From Octopus sinensis (taxonomy: Eukaryota): a stretch of 64,000 bases of DNA. Each line of letters starts with the position of its first letter. The stretch's first letter is position 1. The DNA is taken from the NCBI RefSeq assembly GCF_006345805.1, contig NC_043013.1:496001-560000 (forward strand). The letters run 5' to 3'. Below are positions 37,355-49,540 of the stretch, piece after piece. The translations under genes and the position numbers were made by a program. The notes beneath the pieces were generated by a model. It made no database searches, had not been told where the DNA came from, and worked only from the letters and a program-made list of their open reading frames with translations.

Positions 37355-37828
37355 TATATATAGCCTTATGTATTTATGTATACTATAATAGTAAGAATGT
37401 GAAATAAGTTTTCTGTTTTGGAGTCAAGAGTGAGATGGCATGGTATTCCAAGCACAAAGTATTCTTTGTGGATTCAGAAAGGAATCCCAAAGTAGGTTCA
37501 CTGCTGGCATTTTGGAAATATGTCTGAGGAAGAAAAACATCCAACTGTTAACTGTAAATCTCACCTTGATAAATATGCTATTATAGTGTGTATAATATAG
37601 AGAGAAAGAAAGAGATGGGTGGGATTGAGAATATAACTCGGTGGAGCAATCTATGTCCTTGCAGTCCAGCTAAAGTAATGTCCTTGCACTTGAGTTTAAG
37701 AATTTCCTGCTTATCCACTGTAGTTTTTGGTGTCGGAGTTGAATGTTTCAGACCAAAATTTACTGCAATAAAAGGTAAATTGAGTTGAATCCTAAGACAT
37801 CTTTGCAGAACCAAGACTTCCATGTGAA

Positions 37829-37965
37829 ATGCAGCAGGATTTGGAGGGTGTCAGGGAAGACATAGCAAGATTTTTTAAAGTTGGTGAAAAAGTATATATG
37901 AGGGCTTACAGAAATGGAAAGCAGAGTTGGGAAGATGGCGTAATTACCAAATGCATAAATAAGAT
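37829..37965 (+). mobile_element. Probable Gypsy-type integrase C-terminal scrap
   Basis: RFFKVGEKVYMRAYRNGKQSWEDGVITK resembles the R.F..GD.V.VR.Y....W..G.I module of LTR-retroelement integrases. Confidence 0.45.
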
Positions 37966-38480
37966 GTCATCATCATCACTTAACATCCGCTTTTCATGCT
38001 GGCATGGGTTGGACGTTTTGACTGAGGACTGGTGAGCCAGAGGCTGCACCAGGCTCAATCTGATCTGGCAAAGTTTCTACAGCTGGATGCCCTTCTTAAC
38101 GCTAACCGCTCCAAGAGTGTAATGAGTGCTTTTACATGACACCAGCACAAGGGCCAGTCAGGTAGTTCTGGCAACGACCACACTCAAAAGGTGTTTTTTC
38201 CATGCTACCTGCATGGAAGCCAGTCCAGTGGCACTGGCAACGACCATGCTCAAATGTTTTACATGTGCCGGTAAGGCAACGCTGGCAATGATCATGCCTG
38301 AATGGTGCTTTTTACATGCTACCGGCATGGGAGCCAATCCATGGCCCTGGCAACGGTCACGCTCTCGTGTGCTTTTAATGTTCCACTGGCACGAGTGCCA
38401 ATCAGGCGGCACTGTCATTGGCCACGTAAGCGATTTTGATTTAATTTCACTTGCCTCAATAGGTCTTCACAAACAATGTT
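37965..38480 (-). mobile_element. RTE LINE 3'UTR copy with an expanded internal repeat array
   Basis: Same tail as 1133, with about 5-6 GTGCTTTTTACATGC-type units. Confidence 0.78.
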
Positions 38481-39296
38481 CATTGTATTGGGTAAAAAGT
38501 AAAGGCATACAAAAGAGACCCAGGAACCGACAGAAAAAGAGATTCGTGGAGAGTGAGCCATAGAAGTTGGAGGAACCGATGGAATGGTTGTACGATATGT
38601 TCCAAGTACCATTGCCACTACAGGTGACTGAACCCAGGCATACAAGTGAGAGGAAAAGAAAACATACAGAGTTCCTGAAAATAGATGCCAAGCACAAAAA
38701 ATACTAAATTGTATGGAAAAACTAAAAAAAGGGAGGTAGGGTGAATAAAAAAAATTACCACTAAGAAAAATTTAAAAGGGGAGACATGTATGAAATTAAT
38801 AATGGTACACCCCTCCCACATGATGAATGGAATGACCTAGTCACTATAAGTGAAGAGAAGTATGGGAATACATAGCAGGCAGTCAGAGATAGTCATGTCT
38901 TTATTGGTTTTACTTTGTATACTGAAACGGGTGTTATAATAATCCAACATTTAAAGGATTACAACAATGGCAACGAGGATTATAACAAAGATAGTGACAT
39001 TTGAATGCTTACACTATTACACTACATGAATTTGTATGCCAGAAAATGTGTTATAAACTTCATCTGTCATCCATCTGCTGCATTGGGGCTCTCTTCAGCC
39101 CCAAATCTATCGTAATAATTGTCTTGGAAGGCTTATTACACCAATAATGCGAAACGCAAGCACTGTGTGTTTGTATGCATGCATGATAACCCTTCCAAGA
39201 CACCAGAAAATTCAATACAGTTCTATATTTAAGAGATGAGGAATTATGTACATTATTTACATTTGATGGATATTTGTCCTCCTCTTGTTTGCTGTT

Positions 39297-39342
39297 AACA
39301 CAACATTTCGGCTGATATATCCTCCAGCCTTCATCAGGTGTC
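39297..39342 (-). ncRNA. Hammerhead motif with CpG-type C>T in stem III
   Basis: Minus strand GACAC-CTGATGA-A-GGCTG..CAGCC-GAAA-T-G-T-T-GTGTT. Confidence 0.68.
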
Positions 39343-39612
39343 TTGGGGAAATTTCAAACCTGGGTTCTGATTCTTAAGGTATTTTTCGATGTTGTTGTTA
39401 TTATTCAGGTCACTGCCAAGAATTGAACTCAGAATTTTGGGGTTAGTAGCCTGCGCCATTAACCACTATGCCCGTGGACATATGGCACAGTGGTTACGAG
39501 CGCGGGCTACTAACCCCAAGATTCTGAGTTCAATTTCAGGAAGTGAACTGAATAATAATAATAATATCAAAAAATACCTTAGGAATCTGAACCAGGTTCA
39601 AAATTTCTCCAA

Positions 39613-39658
39613 GACACCTGATGAAGGCTGGAGAGTATATCAGCTGAAACGTTGTGTT
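39613..39658 (+). ncRNA. Hammerhead motif, core intact (G-U wobble at the base of stem II)
   Basis: GACAC-CTGATGA-A-GGCTG[GAGAGTATAT]CAGCT-GAAA-C-G-T-T-GTGTT. Confidence 0.72.
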
Positions 39659-40239
39659 AACAGCAAACAAGATGAGGACAAATATCCGTCAAATTTCAAT
39701 AATGTACCAGAAAATTTGTTTCAACACACAAATTCACAAGTATCTTGCAAATCAAATAGAAAACTGAATTATCATAATTTTGTTGTTTATACTATTTGAT
39801 GTCAGACATGCTGTTCCCTCAAGAAATGCTCCCTCTTATGCTGATGGCATTCCTCTCATCATTCCTCCTTCGCTTCTCTACAGAAACAATCGCCCACATA
39901 CAAAATCTCTTCCATTGGGATTATGGTGACCGAGAATCTTTCAATAGCAGCAGATACAATCTCTGCTTCTAGCAAGGAAACCATCCAGTGTCTTACCTTC
40001 CTTTATCTTGAACAATATACAATTAAAAACTGCTAATTATTACAAATGTTTGGTCTGAGAATCTCTGATAACTAATCCTCATTACTCTTCATATGATGAC
40101 TAAAGCTACATTCCAAACATAAGTTTTACCCTCTACAAAGTTTCGGATCCACAATGGAATGTGGAACCAGCATCTGGGACAGTGCCACTCTTTTTATCTG
40201 TGTGTGTGTAAATATATATATATATATATATATATAATC

Positions 40240-40420
40240 TCATCATTTAATGTCCACTGTCCATGCTGGCATGGGTTGGATGGTTTGACCAGGGCTGACA
40301 AGCTGCACTAGAGTCCAGTCTGATTTGGCATGGTTTCTATGACTGGATGCCCTTCCTAATGCCAACCACTCTGATGGTGTAATCGGTGCTTTTACATGCC
40401 ACCAGCATGGGTGCCATTTG
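40240..40420 (-). mobile_element. RTE-type tail fragment
   Basis: CATCATTTAATGTCCAC..TCCATGCTGGCATGGGTTGG...GGATGCCCTTCCTAATGCCAACCAC. Confidence 0.75.
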
Positions 40421-40689
40421 CATGACACACACATACATACACACTTGCAGACATCTGAGACTGCATCCAAAAGAAAACCTGTCCATCTGATTAACTGGCA
40501 AATATTTACTCTATAACGTTTTGGTCATTGGCTGAGTTTTCTTCTGTATTCTGTCATTATCACAACTGCCTTTGTTCCTCTCCTCTTGCTACTTGGGTCC
40601 TGTAGCTGACCCCTAAATACTCCTCTTCCTGTCTCATTTGCTCAAATGTTCCTTTACAAAATATCAACTCCCAGAAATTATTTTTTTAA

Positions 40690-41105
40690 TCTTTTACTTG
40701 TTTCAGTCTTTGGGACTGCAGCCGCGCTGGACAGCCTCCGGGGCCACGGCTGCGCTGGACAGCCTTTGGGGCTACAGCCATGAAGGGTTCACTTGAACAT
40801 GGAGACCCTAGTACTTATTTTTGTATTTTTCAAAGTTTGATGTTTACTCTATTGGTCTCTTTGGCTGATCTGCTAAATTAGGGTGGTTAGGGGCTTAAAC
40901 AGACCAACACTGGTTATCATGTGGTGGAGAGTGGGGACAAATACACACACACACAATAGGCTTCCTCACAGTTTCTGTCAACCAAATTCACTCGCAAGGC
41001 ATTGGTCAGCCTAGGGCTGTAGAAAGCATTTGCCCAAGGCAGTGGGACTGAACCTGAAACCATGTGGTCGTAAAGCCAACTTCTTACCACACAGCCATCA
41101 GTGTG
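40690..41105 (-). mobile_element. Type C/D SINE with an internal 28 bp duplication near its tail
   Basis: Reverse complement of the 17410 type; GCTGCGCTGGACAGCCT/GCCGCGCTGGACAGCCT appears twice at about 40720-40770. Confidence 0.7.
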
Positions 41106-43084
41106 CCTTCCACGTTTCTCCAACATTGATTTGCAGTTGTTAAAACTGAATATAAACAGCATTAATCTTACCATTTCATGTCTGCAGAGGTCATGAGGAC
41201 AGCTTGTCCTTTGAAGTAAGACAAAAACAGGGTTGCATGAGGAAGAAGTATTAATTTGTTCTAATTTTAGTGTGTTCCATTCATCACCTGGGAATTGGGA
41301 ATCTTTCCAGTTCAAACTTCTCAGGTGAGGTCTTATTGCTGAAGAAGAATCTGAAGTAGACATCAAAACATTTTTTTATCTCATTCTTCTTGTGAAATGC
41401 CGTTGATTGGTGCCAGGATTTTGGTCAGGCAAAGACGAGGTTTACTTTATATAGTACAGGTGTTATAGGATTTGTCATTTACCTGTTTGTCATTGGACTG
41501 TGGCCATGCTGGGGCACCACTTTGAAAAGTTATTCTGGTATTTATTCTGTTGGTTCTTTTGCTGAACTGCTAAGTTAGGGGGTTATAAACAAACCAATGT
41601 GGTGGTGTGTGGAGACACAGACGCCCTTCATGAACACCCACCCACCCACGCACAGAATGTGTGTGTGATTGTGTTCCACCACTGCTTAACAACCAGTGTT
41701 GGTGTGTTTACATTCCTGTAATTTTGCAGTTTGGCAAAAGAGACTAATGGAATGAATACTGCACTTAAAATGTAAGTCTTGGAGTTGATTCATCTGACTG
41801 AAAAAAAAATGGCAGTTCCCCAACATGGCTACAGTTATTAGGCTGTAGCCATGTTAGAGAACCAAGAAAGAGTAAAGGAAATTTGGAAGATTTTAACTTA
41901 AATCCTTTTAAAAAGAAGTTTGTATCAGAGAACCGAAGACAGTATCAAAAAGGTTAAATTTCTCCAAAATTTATGAAAGTGAAAGTAAAACTTGAGAGAA
42001 GAAAAAACTCTGCATTCTGGAAGATTTTACAAAAGTTAGTAAAATGTAGTCAATTTGTGTAGGGATGGATGGAGGGAACCTGTGGCTGCTGTTTCTAGAT
42101 GAAACAAAAGCTGTTATCCTAAACTGAAAGTGATTGAGGAAATTATCATGGTGAATATTGATTCTTTAGTTGCTGGTGTATTTCTGGCCGGTACCAAACT
42201 GCAGTGGTCAGGTTGTTTGTCAATTCATTCTGGGAAGTACTTCACTTCATTTATTTATCTTATCAATGTTTTATGAGAGACACATAAACACGGTTGTTAC
42301 TCTCCTGCTCTCCACCATTAACCGTTTTCCTGAATGCATGTTTTTATGACACACGTTGTTGGGCGTGAATTGATTTTGAAAATATTTAAGAATTGGTGGT
42401 GGTGGTGGTGGTGGGAGAGTGTTTTTAGTTAAATATCGACATGGCTGTGTGGTGAAGAAGCTCCCTTTGCATCCAGGTGGCTTTTGGTCCAGTTTGCTAT
42501 GTGGCGCTTTGGACAAGTGTTTTCTACTATAGCCCTAGGATAACTAATGCCTTGTGAAGGAAAAACTTGCTGTAGGAAATTTCCCCATGAAGGAGGCATA
42601 CAAGCAGACTGTAAACTAGACAACTCGTTTTAAAGAAATTACCTTTCTCTAATTAGGTTACCTGATGAAGTTGCCATTTTAAGAAAACAGCTAATCTATT
42701 GTTTTTTGCAATTTTTTTTTACAGTAAATTTTCCTATGGTAAAAATGTTTATGGCAAAATTTCCTTTGAGAATTGGCAGCTTTTGAATTACAGAACCAGC
42801 GATTGTCTCAGACAGGCTGGTATCTGAAGGGTTAAAGATCTTGGATTTCCTAAAAAAAAAATATTGTTTTAGGATTTGATGTTGTGGTATTTATATTTTC
42901 TTTCTGTGACCACATCTATGTTCATGTCCAGGTCATTGAAAGACTGAAGTGCTGCAGTCTTTGTTTGCATAACAGTAAACATCTATTATTAATATGTTGT
43001 ATTGCTTCGTTAATCACTTTCTGACAAATGATCTTAATAATAATAATTCTTTTATTAGCCACAAGAGCTTACATAAAACATAAA

Positions 43085-43275
43085 TGATAATAATAATAAG
43101 AAGAGCACTGAGAGTGCAAACCTCTGCCAAGACAACACCAACACCCTCTCAACGATTAGCCAGAGATGATTTTTAAAATGAGAATACTAAAAATGAACCC
43201 GACTGCTCTCAAAAATTAAATAAAAGAACCAGAGCAATAATCCAGAATCCTTGTCCAGCACCGGATCGATCCCAG
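43085..43275 (+). mobile_element. Repeat sharing a 36 bp motif (TAATCCAGAATCCTTGTCCAGCACCGGATC.ATCCC) with 43900-43940; possibly Helentron/DINE-like
   Basis: The two motif copies are directly visible; the family assignment is inference. Confidence 0.45.
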
Positions 43276-43279
43276 TGGT

Positions 43280-43680
43280 GGTTGTGGAATGTGAAGGTGG
43301 ATGTGCAGGCTGCGTTTGTAACGCTGTATGTGTGTCATCTGCAGTGGGAACAGGGACAGTTTTCTTTGTGAAAACCTTTTTTAGTCTATCCACTGATATT
43401 GTCTTTATTACCATTAAGGTCTATAGTGAAAAATTTATCTGTATGAAAGAAAACAGAAAGTACCTGCATACGATGCTGTTAACGCAGGTTTAACGACATC
43501 GTTGCGCACAAAAACATGAGTCCAAGAAGTAAAGCTTCCTTCAAGGCAGAGCTAGAAATGTAATTGTCAAGTAGGTCAGAGGTTTTACACAGGAGTGATA
43601 TATTCAAAATTGGTAAAACTAAAAATTGTGGAGGATAAATTAAATTTATTATTGCTACTAAATACGTTAGCATTATTTAA
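43280..43680 (-). mobile_element. Gypsy/Ty3 integrase C-terminal (GPY/F module) remnant
   Basis: Minus strand THVFVRNDVVKPALTASYAGTF../..FFTIDLNGNKDNISVDRLK matches THVFVR.D....L..PY.GPF....F.I...G....VSIDRLK. Confidence 0.8.
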
Positions 43681-43992
43681 TTTCTGAATGGTTTTGCTGC
43701 CATTTATGTAGTTTGATTTCTTTATCCATCAGTTTCTACTAAGATAAATGTGAGTAAAATAAATAAGAGAAATGAAAATACAACTTTGGGAACAGCAACA
43801 TTGCCATAACTTACGTGGAAACCACGAGCATGCTTTCAAAGGAGATAATCAGAGAAAGACTTGAAAATGAGGGTAAGATCATAATACTTCATGTAAAGTA
43901 AATAATCCAGAATCCTTGTCCAGCACCGGATCAATCCCAAAATCTAATCAGTTCATTGCCAGTCATGGGGCCAATACACACACACACACATA

Positions 43993-44027
<35 letters not shown>

Positions 44028-44033
44028 GCGTGC

Positions 44034-44078
<45 letters not shown>

Positions 44079-44136
44079 CATATATATATGAGTGTGTATA
44101 TATTTGTGTATATATATACACACACATGTGTGTGTG

Positions 44137-44167
<31 letters not shown>

Positions 44168-44169
44168 GT

Positions 44170-44360
44170 ATGTACACACACTTTAGTTGAAATTTATAAA
44201 AGAAAATACTGACAGGTGTATGAACAACAAACAGGTGTATTAGTTTGGTGCTCGGGAAAGTGAGAAAGTCTTTTACGTTTCAAGCTTTCAACAGAAAGGG
44301 ACACGAGAAAATAAACAGAGAGAGAATAAAGAAAACTTGTGGATTTAGTGGTCAAGCATG
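44170..44360 (-). mobile_element. Family 2 Penelope-like short element with hammerhead-like motif (stem II partly deleted)
   Basis: Minus strand CTTT-CTGTTGA-A-AGCTT-GAAACGTA-AAAG at 44270-44298, flanked by TA/CA microsatellites. Confidence 0.55.
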
Positions 44361-44859
44361 TATATATATATATATACACACATATACACTCACATATATA
44401 TATATATGCACACATGCATGCACACACACACTCACATATATATAATATATGCATATGTATACACACATACATATACACACGTGCATACACCACACACATG
44501 CACACCACACACACACATGCTGTTCATCCTCATTAGGTACGTGTCTAGATATAGATGTACAGGTGATATTGTTGGAGCTCTCTTAAGTTATTTCTGTTAT
44601 AAAACATTGAAGAGAAAATGAAATATTGTTTTTCTGACAATCACTTTATTACCATAAAGAAATCTGTTGACACATTTCTTCATAATTTCTTTAAGATCGA
44701 TGCTGGTTATGTCTTCACTATTAATAAATATCCCCTTTTTTTGTTTTGTTTTCATAAAAATAAAAACGTAAAACCATTAGTATTGTTAAAAATGTCTTTC
44801 TTGTTCAAGTTGCAAGTTGATGGCATTCTCACTAAATGAAATGAACAAAGACTTCATTA

Positions 44860-45010
44860 TACAGGTGTGGCTGTGTGGTAAGAATCTTGCTTCCCAATCA
44901 TGTGGTTTCACTTTTGGTCCCATTGCGTGGAATTCTGGGCAAGTGTCTTTTATAACCTTGAGCTGACTTGTGGATTTGGTAGACAGAAACTGAAAGAAGC
45001 CTGTTATATA
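44860..45010 (+). mobile_element. Type C SINE 5' half
   Basis: GGTGTGGCTGTGTGGTAAGAA.CTTGCTTCCCAA...GGGCAAGTGTCTT...GACAGAAACTGAAAGAAGCC. Confidence 0.75.
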
Positions 45011-45271
45011 TATATATATTTAAAAAAGGAGATGTGGAACACGAGTTGTGATATATAAAAAAGGAAATGAAGAAAATGCTGACAAAATAATTTAAGTAGG
45101 TGAAAGTTCTTTTTACCGGTTGCGCATTTGTTATGCTTATCAAAAGATTGTTATGCTTGTAGAACAGCTTTTGTTATATTTCTGCTGCTTTTAAATAAAG
45201 CATATTACTCTACCTCTGGTATTTGAGTACTCTTTTTTTACACCTTGTTTCACATTTATGTGCTTACTCCA

Positions 45272-45309
<38 letters not shown>

Positions 45310-45312
<3 letters not shown>

Positions 45313-45690
45313 AGTGCAGCATAACCAGCCCATTTAAAAGTACCTTTTGATCATTGGCAATAAACTGTGCTTGCAAAGACCTGTTGAGTCAAGTGAAGTC
45401 GTTGTTGTGGCCAGTGACAGGACGGCCTGATTGGCATATGTCTTGGTGGCATGTAAAAAGCACCATTCCAACGTGATCATTGCCAGTTTTGCCTGGCTGG
45501 CTCCCTTGCTGGTGGCATGTAAAAAACACCCACTACACTCTCGGAATGGTTGGTGTTAGGAAGGGCATCCATCTGTAGAAACCTTGCCAGATCAGAATGG
45601 AGCCTGGTGCAGCCTTCTGGCTTGCCAGACCTCAGTCAAACTGTCCAACCCATGTCAGCATGGAAAGCGGACGTTAAGCGGTGCTGATGA
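45310..45690 (+). mobile_element. RTE LINE 3'UTR copy
   Basis: GCATGTAAAAAGCACC repeats + GGTTGGTGTTAGGAAGGGCATCC + CCAACCCATG.CAGCATGGAAAGCGGACGTTAA. Confidence 0.78.
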
Positions 45691-46614
45691 CGCACGCACG
45701 TACGTGTGTATAATATGTCTGTGTGCCTTTGTATCTGTGTTTGTCCTCCATCCCTGCTTGACAACTGTTTTGCTTATGCCCCTCTAACTTAGTGGTTCAG
45801 CAAAAGAGAATGAAAGAATAAATACCAGGTTTTGTAAAAAAATAAGCACTGGGGCTGATTCATTTGACTAAAATTTCTTCAAGATGGTGCTCCAGTGTGG
45901 TCACAGTCTAATGACTGAGACAAAAGTCGTTTTGATAGGATATAGTGTGACAGACTAGTTGAACAAGAATACAAAATAACGAGTCTTCTTAATGAAAAAT
46001 AGAAATATGAATCACTGCTCTGAAAGCCATGTAATTCAATAACATGAACAGACCAGAATTTGTCTTTTTCTTGAGATTCTGATTGTCAAAGTCTGGATGT
46101 TGAAGCTAGTTTTTGGCCGTGTGTTCTGGCCGAGGTCAACTGCCCCAAAACTGGTTGTCAATTCAGTCTTTTGTGTTTTCTTTTCCAGTTCTCGTTGTTT
46201 GAAAAGTGACGTGAGTTTGGTTGATGGTGTTAAATGTGAAAATTATTGAAGTAAGGTAAAGAATAGGAGCAGGCAGTGAGAAATTAAGAACTGTTTGTGG
46301 TATTTTCTGTGAAGTTTAGAGAGAGAAAATCAAGATTCTGGTTGGTGAAAGAATGAAATGGTTGCAAATAATGGGTTGCATAGGAATATAGCCAACAGGT
46401 TCTGAGCAACTGAGTATATTGTGATAACAGATACACAGGGTGCTGTGGAATTGGATACAGATTGGTGATATTCAGTGTCTTCTGAAAACGGATCTCATCA
46501 TTTAATGTCCACTTCGTATCCTTGTATGGCTCAAGCAGAGTTTATTGAGGCTGATTTTTCTTTGGCTGTCATCACCTTTTACCTGCTTCCAAGTAAGGTA
46601 ATATTTTTCTGTAG

Positions 46615-46835
46615 CAAGGCAGCGAGCTGGCAGAATTGGTAACTCACTGGGTAAAATACTTGGCACCATTTTGTCCCTCTTTCCATTCTGAGTTCAAATT
46701 CTATTGAGGTTGACTTTGCCTGTCATTCATTCAGGGTAGATAAAATAAATACCAGCTGGTTATTGGGGTTGATGTAATTGACTTAACCCCCACCCCCTGA
46801 AATTGCTGGCTGTGTCCCAAAATTTGAAACCAATA
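46615..46835 (+). mobile_element. Type B SINE
   Basis: AGGCAGCGAGCTGGCAGAATT...TCTGAGTTCAAATTC...GAGGTTGACTTTGCC. Confidence 0.75.
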
Positions 46836-47399
46836 TTTTTCCATAGCTAGACCAGTTTTTTTTCTTTTTCTTATACAGAAGACTGGAAATCAACCACCTC
46901 ACTTGTATAACAGTGACACTCATTTACAACTGTCATGTGATGTCTGGACAAAAGTACATACCAGTACATATATGACAGGCTTTTTTCTGTTTCTGTCTAC
47001 CAAATCCATTCACAAGGTGCTGTGCAGGTGGAACTGAATCCAAGACTTCCTAGTTGAGAAACAAGATTTTTAACCACACAGCCATACCTCCACCTATACA
47101 GTATTGCAAATAATTGAAGGCAGGTGAGACAGTCTACCATTTTGGATATGACAACAGCACTTGGCAACGTATTAGATTGTCTAGAGTTAGCTGTTGCTCA
47201 GAGCTGAAGTGTTTTTAGCTTTGGTGAAAGCCAAGTTTTATTGTTGTGAATATTGGATTTCAGGAGATATTATTGGAGACTAGCAGAGAATGACAGTTGT
47301 CAAACTCTATAAAGATAAGATATGAGCTAAAAGCAAAAATAACAAGATCTCATGTTAATAAATCAAGTTAAAAAATAATTAAGTTCATGAGAATTTAGT

Positions 47400-48480
47400 T
47401 GAATAGGAAGGATGTCTGCATTTGGCTCAAAATGTGTAACCAGAGGTACCATATCTCTTAAGAGACAGTTACAAAAGTACATTTAGACATATATTTTTGT
47501 TGATCTTGAGACAGTCTTCAGCAACATCTTGTTTTATTAAGTGCAAAGCCTAAACAGAATTATTTAGTTCTTGTGAAGAGGTTGTTGAAAGTGAGGTTCC
47601 AGTTAGAAGTGAAATCAGTAGTTATTGTTTAACCCAAAATCTTTCTTGATTGAGAAGTCCAGCATAACCACACCTTTTTTTCTGTCTAGGACAACATTAT
47701 CTAATATTTATTACCTTTTTAAGATTGTAAAATTGTAGTTTGAGGAAGAATTAATGCTATTTCTGACAGGTTAAACAACCATGCAGAGTTGGAGGTAGGG
47801 AACCTTTTTAGTAACAGGGGCATCATCAATAGGGTTTATAGAGGTTCTGCCCATGACAATCTTTTATTTATTATAGTGAAACATGGGGCATGAACCAATA
47901 TCAGAGGTTTTTAGGCAGCCATAGTGGCAGGGTAAGAAAGATATTTGCAGAAGTGATTAACTTTGAGACTATTGAGTTTCTCAATGAAAATAATACCTCA
48001 GTGGAATACACAGAAATGTTTTCTAAATCCACAGTATCTCTGTACATGTATGAGTTAGGGGATTTTTATTATGGGCCAGTTTATTATGTCCTTCCTATTG
48101 TGAACTACTTTCAAGTAAAAATGGAACATCTTGTCAGCTTAAAAGGTACAAGCAGCTGTATTCTTGGTTTAGGTGCACATTACAACCTTGTGATAACTAA
48201 TCTAGAACCCTCTAAAACAACCTTGCCTGGACTTGTGTCTGGGAGGGTAACTTTCTAGGTGCAATCCCATGGTCAGTCATGACCAACGGGAGTCTCAGCA
48301 ATTGTTCTTAAACCACTTTCTAAATGGCATACTTGAATTGAAACCAGCATATATAGCCTTCTCCAACTTATGGACCCAGGAAGAAGCTTCTATGAGGTCA
48401 CTCAACCTGCATCTGAGTCAGTGCTATGGGACACATATTCTAGAATGCATCCAGAAAAGGGCCACATAACTGATTAGCTT
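47400..48480 (+). mobile_element. Heavily decayed CR1/L2-type RT remnant
   Basis: Scattered peptides IFVDLETVF (cf. YLDFQKAFD), NRVYRGSA (cf. GVPQGS) and ILECIQKRAT (cf. LERVQRRAT). Confidence 0.5.
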
Positions 48481-48489
48481 AAAGGTACT

Positions 48490-48830
48490 ATAGCGCAGTG
48501 GTTAGTGTTGGATTCACAATCATGAGATAGTGAGTTCAATTCCCAGACCTAGCTGTGTGTTGGGTTCTTGAGCAAGACACTTTTTCATGTTGCTCCAGTT
48601 CACTCAGCTGTAGAAATGAGTCTTGATGTCACTGGTGCCAAACTGTATCGGGGCCCCTTTGCCTTTCCTTTGGATAACATCAGTGGCATGGGAAAGGGGA
48701 GGTTGGTATGCATGGGTGACTGTTAGTCTTCTATAAACAACCTTGCCCAGATTTGTGCCTCAGACGGGAACTTACTTGGTGCAATCCCATGGTCATTCAT
48801 GCCCGAAGGGGGTCTTTGCCCTTTACCCTT
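48490..48830 (+). mobile_element. tRNA-SINE type E
   Basis: GCGCAGTGGTTAGTGTTGGATTCACAATCATGAG...GAGTTCAATTCC head; collinear with 21270-21600. Confidence 0.78.
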
Positions 48831-49540
48831 TTACTCACAGGCACAATTCAGTCTGGCCTTCAGACGCACTATCTCTCCCTCTCTGTCTGCCTTTTCATCA
48901 TCTTAGAAACTAAAATCCAACAACAAACTCCACCTTGTTATTCCCTCATCTAGATTTCCTTTCCAACAAATTCTCTGTAATTTCAATTTTCTGTTCGGTC
49001 AAAGAGACTGCTCGCTTTCCAAACCTTGTCTATTCTTTAAAAGGAGCAAGAACTTGCCTGGCTTCTCTTCTCTTTAACTTTTCCGTTCCATTCAGAACTC
49101 GAGGCTGTTCTTGTATTAGATGCTGTACCTGTTCTTCTATCATAACCAGTCCTAATATTCACTTCTAGGTCATCAGAAACATAATTGCATCTCTTCTCAC
49201 CTCCCTCCTATCTTACAAAAACTTTGCCATGTATTAGATATCAGTTAACTAGCAAGATTTTTAGGTGACAATTTTCGCTGACACCTTAATGTTCAGAATA
49301 ATAAGCAAGGGCCCTCTCAGCCGGTAAACCTGACGCTTCCTTATTTGATTGTATTTCAGTCTTTAGTGTCATTTTACCCGATGAATCTTGCAATACTCAG
49401 ACAAGGAATGAAGTTTGTTTTTCACCAAGAAATTTACATCCAGGTTTGATTGGATGGATGTCAAGTAGAGATTCTTTTTCAAAGTTTTTCAATCCTTGAC
49501 ATATTAAAAAAAAGTGCTAAGTTTTTTGGTCCACCATTGG

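Larger units (their letters stand above)
39216..39705. mobile_element. Head-to-head inverted dimer of the tRNA-headed hammerhead element (locus 2)
   Basis: Two divergent tRNA-like heads at about 39407-39473 (-) and 39484-39550 (+), each followed by the HHR body; ACCAGAAAATT direct repeats at 39202-39212 and 39706-39716. Confidence 0.87.

Noticed and set aside
42655-42700. CTGATGAAG...GAAAACAGCT hammerhead-like string
   Set aside because: No convincing stem II or stem I pairing; likely chance or too decayed.
43916-44621. Multiple overlapping ORFs rich in Y/I/H/T/C/V
   Set aside because: TA/CA/TG microsatellite mosaics.
47890-48258. 122 aa ORF as a host gene
   Set aside because: Lies within a decayed CR1/L2 relic and runs into a SINE fragment; no recognisable domain or splice context.
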